From a virus (taxonomy: Duplodnaviria > Caudoviricetes), in IMG/VR virus record IMGVR_UViG_3300027770_000038, positions 32,001 to 96,000 of that record: a stretch of DNA of 64,000 nt; one strand, 5' to 3'. The translations under genes and the position numbers were made by a program. Shown in pieces: positions 47,579 to 57,400 of the stretch. Position 1 is the stretch's first letter; each line of letters opens with the position of its first letter. A model generated the notes under the pieces. It was not told the origin of the DNA, ran no database searches, and saw only the letters and a program-made list of their open reading frames with translations.

Positions 47579-48133
47579 ATGTCTAGTTCAATTTTTAATA
47601 TTAGTTCATGGAGCAATTCTGTCGCATACAATAAGCATGATATTATCGTATACACAGATAATCGGTATTATTACGCTAAAGCCGCTGTACCTGCGAATAA
47701 TGCACCAGTTTACTCTAGTGTTATTTCTAATTCAGATGCTTATTGGGGAGGCTTCTTTCAACATCCTGTTGTCAAAAAAGACTATCCATTGTTTATTTGG
47801 AAGCCTTCTTATCAAACTCAAGCTAGTTTTGAACCAAAAGTAAGCGTAGTTAAATACGGAGATGGCTACGAAAAGAGAGTAAGCGATCAAATTAATTTTA
47901 ATCTTCTTAATTTTGATTTAAACTTTGACGGTCTAACTCTAGACGAATGTACAGCAATTTTGCACTTTTTAAGCGCAAGATCTGCTAAGTCTGCTTTTAT
48001 CTATTACCCATCCGCCCCTTATTCTGTAGCTTCTACAGACGCTAAACTATTTGTATGCAGAAGATGGGGATCATCTAATCCATTCTTTAATAATTTTTCT
48101 ATAAAAGCAACCTTCGAAGAAGTACCAGCATAA
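47579..48133 (+). CDS. lambda gpM-like minor tail protein
   Basis: WKPSY, KYGDGYEKR...IN, FL..R...AF and ATFEEV; N-terminal W-x4-Y-x2-D module. Confidence 0.8.
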   Translation: MSSSIFNISSWSNSVAYNKHDIIVYTDNRYYYAKAAVPANNAPVYSSVISNSDAYWGGFFQHPVVKKDYPLFIWKPSYQTQASFEPKVSVVKYGDGYEKRVSDQINFNLLNFDLNFDGLTLDECTAILHFLSARSAKSAFIYYPSAPYSVASTDAKLFVCRRWGSSNPFFNNFSIKATFEEVPA

Positions 48134-48137
48134 GATT

Positions 48138-49262
48138 ATGGCTACTCAACAAGAAATTAAAAACGCATCTTTAAAAGTAAATAAGGAATTTTTCTCTCTT
48201 GAGCCTTCTTCTATTATTTCTTTATTTGAAGTTGATTTAACTGAAATTGGTTTTGACACAGATCCCCAATTCGTCGTTAATCTTAAGAATTTTCAAATAG
48301 TATTACCGGGAGGGGATGATGGAGTTTTTAATTATAAAGTAATACGTCTTCATAACAATCTAAAACTTGGAAGGAATATCATCTATTGGAAGGGAAATGC
48401 TTATTTACCGGCTCCGCTTGCCACAGAAGGGTTTGAATTAGCTTCAAGAGGCGTATTTCCAAAACCCAAAGTTCAAATAAGTTTTTCTGATGACATGCTT
48501 GATGTGTTTTCTTTATTTAGAGGAACTATTAATTTTGGCGACTTGATTGGCGCGAAATTTACAAGAATTAGAACATTTGCCAAGTTCCTTGACAGGAATA
48601 ATTTTTATCAAGCTGATGGAGTATCTACTCTGTCTCCTGATAAATTGATTATACCAGAAGGGTTTGATCCTGATCCTAATTGTGAATTTCCCAGAGATAT
48701 TTATTATTTTGATAGGAAATCTTCTGAAAATAAAAACAGTATTCAGTTTGAATTGTCAAGCGCTATAGATTTAGACAGAGCGAAACTGCCTAAGAGAAGA
48801 GTTTTAAGTTATATTTGCCCTTGGCAGTATAGAGGAGAAGGCTGTCTTTATGAATACGAAGGAAAACTAAGCGAAGACACTCATGGCACTATAACTCCAA
48901 TACCAAATAAAAGCGATTCTACTGGAGCGAAAGCCCCTCTTTGCGCCACAGAAGACGATCAGATAATTTCAAAAATGCCAATTTTTTCTGGCACAACCGT
49001 AGGGACTAACAAGATAGAATCTTGGAAATTGTCAACGACTTACAACAAAGGAGATGTAGTTTTTATTAATAAGAAAAATATTAATTTTTACTTCGTAGCC
49101 AAAACAAACGTCCCTATGGATACGCCTCCTCCAAATGGACAGTATTGGATAGCTGACCAATGCTCTAAAAGCGTAAAAGGTTGCAAAATAAGATTTGGAG
49201 AAAACCCTTTGCCTTTCGGCGGTTTCTATGGAGTGTCTAATTATAATAGAGGAGCGTTGTAA
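48138..49262 (+). CDS. lambda gpL-like minor tail protein
   Basis: GAKFTRIRTFAKFLD, CPWQYRGEGC and DQCSK...CKIRF...FGGF Cys cluster. Confidence 0.9.
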   Translation: MATQQEIKNASLKVNKEFFSLEPSSIISLFEVDLTEIGFDTDPQFVVNLKNFQIVLPGGDDGVFNYKVIRLHNNLKLGRNIIYWKGNAYLPAPLATEGFELASRGVFPKPKVQISFSDDMLDVFSLFRGTINFGDLIGAKFTRIRTFAKFLDRNNFYQADGVSTLSPDKLIIPEGFDPDPNCEFPRDIYYFDRKSSENKNSIQFELSSAIDLDRAKLPKRRVLSYICPWQYRGEGCLYEYEGKLSEDTHGTITPIPNKSDSTGAKAPLCATEDDQIISKMPIFSGTTVGTNKIESWKLSTTYNKGDVVFINKKNINFYFVAKTNVPMDTPPPNGQYWIADQCSKSVKGCKIRFGENPLPFGGFYGVSNYNRGAL

Positions 49263-50020
49263 TGATTGCGGATGAGATAAAAGCAAAAATAAAAGGACAC
49301 GCATTAAAGGAAAATCCTGAAGAATGTTGCGGTCTTTTGCTCCTAAATAAAAAAAATATACTAGAATCTTTTCCTTGTAAAAATATAGCTCAGGATAAGG
49401 AAAATGAATTTGTTGTATGCCAGCTAGACTACTTAAAGGCAGCAATGAATGGCAAAATTGTTGGGATTTATCATTCTCATTGTATACAAGACAACTCTTT
49501 CTCAGAGCTAGACAAACAGATAAGCCACAAGCTTAACCTAAAAAACATAGTTTATATACTGAAAAGGGATTCTTTTGAAGAGTATTCTCCAGAAAATTAC
49601 TATAATAAATACGTTGATAAAGACTTTGTGATTGGGGTATCTGACTGTTTATCAATAGTAGAAAACTATTACAATGAAGAATTCGGCATTAAAATTTTCC
49701 ATTATGAAAGAACAGCAGATTGGGATAAGGACTATCCAGAGTTTGTAAAAAATAAATTAGCAGAGTTTTGCGACTCGCAAAATTTTGATAAATTCTTTGA
49801 AAAAGAAAATTTCATTAAGATCGAAGGAATAGAAAATGCCAAAAAACACGACATCATTGCATTCAAATACCTAGAAAATTACCCTTCCCACTTTGGTATT
49901 TATCTCGGGCAAAACTATATTTTACACCAACCAAGAAATAAAAAATCAATCATTGAAAAGCTCACAGACGCAGAGAAAAGAAGAATCTACTGCTTCGTAA
50001 GGAGTAATCAAATATGTTAA
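49262..50020 (+). CDS. lambda gpK-like tail assembly protein (JAB + NlpC/P60), copy 1
   Basis: EECCG, YHSH, SELD (JAB); DCLS, HFGIYLG, LHQ (NlpC/P60). Confidence 0.85.
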   Translation: MIADEIKAKIKGHALKENPEECCGLLLLNKKNILESFPCKNIAQDKENEFVVCQLDYLKAAMNGKIVGIYHSHCIQDNSFSELDKQISHKLNLKNIVYILKRDSFEEYSPENYYNKYVDKDFVIGVSDCLSIVENYYNEEFGIKIFHYERTADWDKDYPEFVKNKLAEFCDSQNFDKFFEKENFIKIEGIENAKKHDIIAFKYLENYPSHFGIYLGQNYILHQPRNKKSIIEKLTDAEKRRIYCFVRSNQIC

Positions 50021-50760
50021 CAGAAGAAATCAAAAACAAAATTATTGAACACGCCAATACTTCTAATAATGAAGTATGTGGACTTGTTGTACATTCAGAG
50101 TCTGGATTAGAAATACAAAAGACAGAAAATCTTATCAATTCAGCTACGGAATTTATGATGAATTTTGATAACCAGTCTAATGTCGCTGCCTATTATCATT
50201 CTCATATTGATTTTGACAGCATTTCAGATGCAGATATAATTGTGTCCGAAAGATTAGGATTGCCATGCGTTGTTTATAATAAACAAAGCGGATCTTTCTA
50301 TATCTATAATCCAAACAGTTATAAAATTCAGTATACAGGAAGGCCTTTCCTTTTGGGATTTGCAGATTGTTTGTGGCTAGTCAAAGACTATTATGCACAT
50401 GATTTGAATCTTCATCTCTGCCCAGAATTAGAAGTCCTTAAAAATAATGTTTCTGAAGAAGAGTATAATGAGACAGCAAGCAAAAGACTTCTAGACGAAG
50501 AAGCCGCTTTGAAAGATAAAGATAACTATTTAAAGAGATACTTTGAATACAACGGATTTAGAGAAGTTTCTAATTTTAAAAAGAATGATGTCTTGATAAT
50601 GAGAACCAAAAGATTCGATTTCCCAATCCATTGCGCCGTTCACCTTGGAGGAGATATGATTTTGCATCATCCCGGAAATAAGACTTCTCTTACCGAAAAG
50701 CTTTCTAACCAACACAAAAAATGGGTAATTTATATAATGAGACATAACCTTTATGACTAA
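50014..50760 (+). CDS. lambda gpK-like tail assembly protein (JAB + NlpC/P60), copy 2
   Basis: EVCG, YHSH, SDAD; DCLW, HCAVHLG, LHH. Confidence 0.85.
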   Translation: MLTEEIKNKIIEHANTSNNEVCGLVVHSESGLEIQKTENLINSATEFMMNFDNQSNVAAYYHSHIDFDSISDADIIVSERLGLPCVVYNKQSGSFYIYNPNSYKIQYTGRPFLLGFADCLWLVKDYYAHDLNLHLCPELEVLKNNVSEEEYNETASKRLLDEEAALKDKDNYLKRYFEYNGFREVSNFKKNDVLIMRTKRFDFPIHCAVHLGGDMILHHPGNKTSLTEKLSNQHKKWVIYIMRHNLYD

Positions 50761-51493
50761 TATCACCTTACACGGAGAAATAGCGGAGCAAATAGGAAGA
50801 GAGAACTGGAAAATAAAAGTAAATTCCATAAAAGAAGCACTGCGAGCAATTCAGGTTTTGTCGAAGGGAAAGTTGTTGAAATATTTAATTGGAGCGGCAG
50901 AAAAAAGCGTAGAGTACAAGGTGATCGTCAATAAAAGAGAAATAATGAATCCAGAAAAGATTTCTCTAGAAAGACCAGAATCTATTCTTAATTCTGAATT
51001 AGTAATGATAAATGAGAAATTAGAGACTTTAGATATTGTGCCTATCATTAAAGGCGCTGGCGGCGGAGGCGGCAACGGCACCACAAAAGGAGTATTAGCT
51101 TTAGTTCTTGGAATTATATTGATTGCCACGGGTATAGGAGCAGCAGGTGGAGTCACCTTTCTTGGCATGGCAGGGGCCGCAGGAGGAACAGGTGCAACTG
51201 TTTTATCTGGCGCACTAATCGGCGCAGGTATCGGATTAGCGGTAACTGGTATTACTTTATTAATGATGTCGCCTCCAAAATTTGATGACTTTAGAAAAAT
51301 TCAAGAAGACGGCAGTAAGCCGAACTATTTATTTGACGGACCTTCTAACATTCTTGGAGAAGGTGGCCCTGTGCCAATTGGTTATGGTAAGATGAAAATT
51401 GGATCTCAAACAGTTGAAGTGTCTATTAATAATGTTGAACTTGGTACTAAATCGACAGCAACAGACATAAAAGATCAAATCAATAAGATATAA
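50753..51493 (+). CDS. lambda gpI-like tail assembly protein
   Basis: ITLHGE ubiquitin-like N-domain ending IVPIIKG, Gly-rich hydrophobic segment, YLFDG and PVPIGYG. Confidence 0.85.
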   Translation: MTNITLHGEIAEQIGRENWKIKVNSIKEALRAIQVLSKGKLLKYLIGAAEKSVEYKVIVNKREIMNPEKISLERPESILNSELVMINEKLETLDIVPIIKGAGGGGGNGTTKGVLALVLGIILIATGIGAAGGVTFLGMAGAAGGTGATVLSGALIGAGIGLAVTGITLLMMSPPKFDDFRKIQEDGSKPNYLFDGPSNILGEGGPVPIGYGKMKIGSQTVEVSINNVELGTKSTATDIKDQINKI

Positions 51494-51494
51494 A

Positions 51495-54400
51495 ATGAAT
51501 AATTTTGAAGATTTTAAATACATAAAAGGTTTTGGTGGTGGCGGTGGCGCATCAAGCCAATCCCCATCACCAACTTCTGCATACGAAGATGTTGAGGGGT
51601 TCGTCTACGATGGGCTTGCTTATAATGTATATCAATTCGCCAAAGTAAAAGACCTTTTATCAGAAGGGCCAATTGGGGGCTTGCTTGAAGGGCAGTATCT
51701 TTTTTCAGGTCAAGTTGGAGATCTAGGTTTTAAAAAAGTTACTTATAATGAATATCCATCAGTAATAGGAAGCGACGGCGAATCAAAATATTTAAGATCG
51801 GTACAATGGAATCAAACACCTCTTTTAGATAGTCAAGACAAATACAACTTCCAACAAATAGATATCCAAGTAACAAATGGAACTCCAGTAGGTACTTCAT
51901 CAGGAGGAGAGTTTGATAATGTCTCTTACATCCGCTCAATAGGAGAAAGGCTAAGAGGACCAAATCAATTAGCTACCACTGAAGATGATGTCCTTGATTA
52001 TCAAAGGAGTTATCGCATTCTTAATAGAGAATGCAAAAAGATGTCTCTTGTTTTTAGAGTTTCTTCTCTTTATATTGCTTTAAAATATCAAGATCTAGAA
52101 GCTGTACAAGAAAAAGGATTTAAAATAGAAGGCGTTACAGCGGCAAATAAAACCAATGGTAATTTTACATTAGACCCCTCAACTAGAGAAGTCGAATTAA
52201 CCGATGGAAAGACGTTAGATGCAGGAGTAGGCTCTGTAATACGCCATAATTTTAAAATCAGAGTTAGAATTTCTCCAATTTATAAAGAAGGCTACAATGG
52301 AAACTCTGCGACTATTCCTTTGACTTCAGATAAAGTTAAAGTAGTCAATGATGCAAAAGATCTAGTAGTTAGCGTAGACTCATTTCCTCAAGTATTCGAA
52401 ATACAATCAAAAGGAAAAGTTACCCAAGGTTACTCTAAACAAGTTATTTTTGATGCTTCTTCTAAATTCCTTTCGTTAAATGACAACGAAAATTGGTTGG
52501 GCTGGGATATTTCAGTATTAAAAATTACTCCAGAAGATACTTATTCTTCAAGAGTTTCTTTCGTAAACTTAGAGAGCATTACTGAAATTTATTCTTCTTC
52601 ATTCAGATATACTAATTCTGCAATCGTAACTTCTAAATTTAATGCTGCATACTTTTCAAAAATACCAGAAAGGTCATATGATGTTAAACTGTTGAAGGTT
52701 AAAGTCCCTGCTAATTATGATCCGATAACCAAGACTTACGGCAATACTACTCCTCTTTCAATTACAGAAACCAATTCATTTAAGAAAACGGACAAAGTAA
52801 TAACAACAGATTTCTTTATTGGAGAGAATAATTCTTATGCAAATTCTGACAATGTTAATCCTCCAATTACAGATGGGTTAATTGCTCAATTTGATGCGAG
52901 CAATCCTTCCTTAACTACTTCGGCAGGAGGAGAGGTAACTAGTTGGCCCAATACCGTAGCTGGAACCATAAAATGTGTCTTAGGAAATGGAACTTACGCA
53001 GCCCCTGCTGGAACTACCGCTAGACCAAAATATGGATCAAGCCACTCAGAGCAAAGCCCCAATGGAAATTATGGAGTTTCGTTTACGACAAGTCAAAAAG
53101 CAAGATTTGTTTATCAAACTGAAGAAGCCTCGTTTTCTGACGCTAGTAATAATTATACTATTTTTACAGTATGCAAATGGCATGATAGCGCAACAAGCGC
53201 AGAAAGAAACAAGATAATTTCATCATCTACCACACCTTCTTCTTTTGTTTTAGGTTTCGATGCTAAATTCAATAGCACATTTGTTATAGGAGCCCAAGTT
53301 TATGGCGTAATGCCAATTAATTATTATCAATTCAATCGATCTAATTACTGGGACACTTCTAACGACACAAATACTTATATAGTAGGAGCGAGCGTAAACA
53401 ATCTAAAAGATATAAATATTTTTTGGCAAAACACTAATCATTACGCAAAACCAGTTTTTGCAGTAGCCGCCCCAAAAGGATTAGCCATCAATTCAGCAGG
53501 AGCCACTAGCAGATGCACCGTATTTGAAATATTAGTTTACAGTAAAGCTCTGTCGAAATCAGACGGTATAAAGATAAGGAACTGGTTAAACAATAAATGG
53601 AACGTAACTAGAAATAGCGTAAGCACGACAACTACAACTGGGTCTTATAATACTAATGTCCTTAATGTGGGCGCAAGCACTTATTTAAAAATGCCATTAA
53701 AAACTCTTTGCGCTAATGGTCAAGCAACAAAAGCCTACAGTTATGCAGGAGGCAACTTAGCTCCATCTAATTATTATCAATTCGATTTAATACCTCAAAG
53801 ATATTGGAAAAACTCCACTGCTCCATCCAGCTTTTCTTTAAAAGATCAAGGATTTTGCAGTTTCTATTGCGACTTTTTTATCAAACTAAGCGCAAGCACC
53901 TCAAACGGCAACTATACTTTAATTCATAGAGATAATCAATTTAATCTTTCTATGACCATAGCTGGACAAAATGTGAGTTTAATACTCACAATTATTTCTT
54001 CAAATGATGGTAAAAAATATACCATAACAAAAGCATTAGATTCGACAAGGTATTCAACAACCAGACTCAAAGACGCTTTTACAAGAATTAGTTTTTATGT
54101 ATTACCAAAAGTAGTCAAACCAAGTATATCGTATAACGCAAACGCTGCTAAAGTAACTAACATAAATATATCCGATAAAAATTGGACTAATGGCGATATA
54201 GCAGTTACAAGGGTAACAACTAATGAAAACGAAAAAGCATTAGCGCAAGAACTAAAAGATTTTTATTTAGTAAAAGCAGTAAGCTTTAAAGAAGACACTT
54301 CCTATAGTAGTGAAATAAGTAATTTGCCAGAAACTTGCTATAAGTATATATACTGCGGTTTCTTCTCTTCAATGGCTCAACTTGGAGGTAGATCTTCTCC

Positions 54401-57400
54401 TTATTCTCCTGTTGTTGAAAGAAGATTGACTAAAGAATATTTTCCTGACATACTAAATGCAGAAATAGATGTTCTAGTAAATCTTGAGAAGCAAATTCAA
54501 TGTAATATAAATATTGCTAATTACTCTAGTTATCAAACTCTTTGCGTGGGAGCTTTATTGAGGCCAAATTCAGACACTACTTTTCAAAACGAAATAAATC
54601 AAAGAGTACAAATAAGCGCCATTTCTCAAGCAGCTTTAGATGCTTATAACAAATTAGACGCACATAAAACATTCGATGGGTCTTCTACTTCAATAACTCT
54701 TGATTCTTCTCAAGAACAGGTCAAAGTCCTTATCCCTCTCGCTGCTGGGCAAATATATGATGCAGCGAATACAAAAACTGGCCCATTTATACCATCTTAC
54801 TTTATAGCAAACAATAATCAAATAGAAATATTTACAGATAAATCTGTTGAATTTGGCGGCAAGATACAAGGATTCGCTGATTCGATCAGAGTAAATCAAA
54901 TTGATTTCGACAGACTTTCTTTAGCTCAAGCTTTTGCAAGAAATCTTTTTTCAGAAGGTCTTTCTAGAAAAACTGTTGTTTACGATGCAGCGGGAGTTTT
55001 GCCTTATTCTACCTCAAATGATTATTGGGATGGAGAATTTAAAACTAATAAAGAGTGGACCGATAATCCAGCTTGGTGCTTCTACGATCTCTTAACAAAT
55101 AAAAGATATGGAGTAGGTAATTATGTCACAGAAAATGATGTAGATAAATGGTCTCTTTATCAAATAGCTAAGTATTGCGACGAACTTGTTTCAGATGGAT
55201 TTGGAGGAGTAGAGCCAAGATTTACTTGCGACCTTTATATACAAAGTCAAGATGATGCCCTTAAAGTATTGTCTGATATGGCGTCAGTATTTAGAGGGAT
55301 GTTTTATTACTCAAATGGATTCATTTACGCCATAAATGATATGCCAGAAGAGACTCCTATTTACTCTTTTACCAACTCTAATGTCGTTGACGGAAACTTC
55401 AATTACGAATCTACTTCGCTAAAAGACAGAAACTCTGCTGTATATGTTCGTTATATTGATAAAAATAACTTCTATAAACCAGCAGTAGAATACGTTGAAA
55501 ATATCGAAGCGGTTAGAAAATTCGGATTTAAAGAAACCGAATTAACAGCCTTCGGATGCACAAGCAGAGGTCAAGCTCAAAGACTTGGCAGATGGTTGTT
55601 AGCTTCAGAGTATAATGAAACAGAGACTGTATCTTTTGAATCTGGTCCAGAGTGCGTATATCTAAAACCCGGAGATGTAATTAAAGTTCATGATTACAAT
55701 AGAAAATACAAGACAGTAGGAGGAAGATTAAATAATATTAATATCTCTGGAGGTGTTAATGCGACCACTGGTATATTAGCATTAGATAGGAAACTTGATT
55801 TCAATTTCTCAGGAAACCGAAATTATAAATTGACAATACTATCTCCTAAGTATAATCTCGACCCCAGTTTTCAAGGAGCGGTAACAAGTAATAATGACTA
55901 TAACGAATACAGAAAACCACTAACTAATTCTTTTATAATTAATAGCGGCAATTTAATCACTGGTCAATATTATGACTCTATAAGAATTACCGGATTAGCG
56001 CCAGTAATGGCTTCTGGACTAAATGTAACTGGATTATCTTATTTTACTGGAGCATCTGGAATGTCTCCAAAATCAATAACTTGGGCTTTGGAAAATTCAG
56101 GGAATTTAAATGGTTCTACAGATAGTGATTATGATTTTTACAGAGTATTTAGAATTCAAGAATCTACAGAGGGAAGTAGCTACACCGTCATGGGTTCCCA
56201 AATGTATCACTTAAAATATGCTCAAATAGAATCTGGACTTAATATTACTCCAGCAAAAGCACCAGCACCAGAAGCTTCTGCTCCTTCAAGAGCCTTATTT
56301 ACCCTTGGAGTTACAGAGTCTAACGGCGTAATAGATCAGAGCAAAGTTAGTGTCGAAATCTTCTATGACTCTTCCATAAAAGACACTACAATAGGGTTTA
56401 AAATATTCAATAAAGCATTCTATGGATCTGATTTTAATCCAAATAGCTCTAGTGACTTTACGTTTGTTCCAATTGACATTTATGAATCCTATGTAAGAAC
56501 GGCGCTAGACAAAGAAAAAATAAAAGGCTCTATAAGGATTTACGGCACGAATATTAATAACAGTTCTCCATTGTCTTATGTTGAGGCTTCAAGTTCTGAT
56601 AATTCAAGTGAAATATTTGTTTCTCCAATTGTTGCAATTACTTATGACGATGTAAATACAAGCTCTTCTATTACTGTAAATAATAAAGTCTATAGCTTTG
56701 GATCTCCAATCACTTTAACAAAATCAGAGTATTTTCAATCTTCAATACCATCACAAGTTCAATCAATTAAACCCTCAGAGTCTTTATCGTTTAATATACC
56801 CTTGCAATTTATAAAGAATCCAAACAAGTTTAATAATCTTGATTACCCTTATAGGATAGTAATTATACCTGAAAAAGTAGATACAAAAGGAGCCTTTAGC
56901 ACTATCTATGATAAATACCTTAACTCCTCCGCAAGCTGGGAAGAGTATTTGACATTTGACGAAGATAGTACCGACGATAATATATATAATTATAAAACTT
57001 CAAATGTTTTAGGCAGATATAGAGACTTTTCTTTAGCTATAGACAAGAGAACATTTACGGATTCTGGCATGAAGTCTACTTCAAATGACTTCAAAAATGC
57101 AGATGGATTTTTGTTGGTAACTTATGATAATCAAGACCTTAACTTAAAAGCTTCTCTAAATGCAATTTTAAATGATACAAGAGCGACCTATTCGATTGTC
57201 ACAAGTCAAGGATCAAATAGATTAAGATTTACTATTCAACAAAATTCTGCGAGTTCTTTTATTAATGCCTTTTATTTATTATTAATACCTAGCGATAGCA
57301 CTTTCAAGTTTGGAGTCAATTCAATAAATCACAATTCTGACGGCACACCTCTCTCAATTAATGACGCGACTGGAAAAGAAATAATTGACTCTCATTTTGT

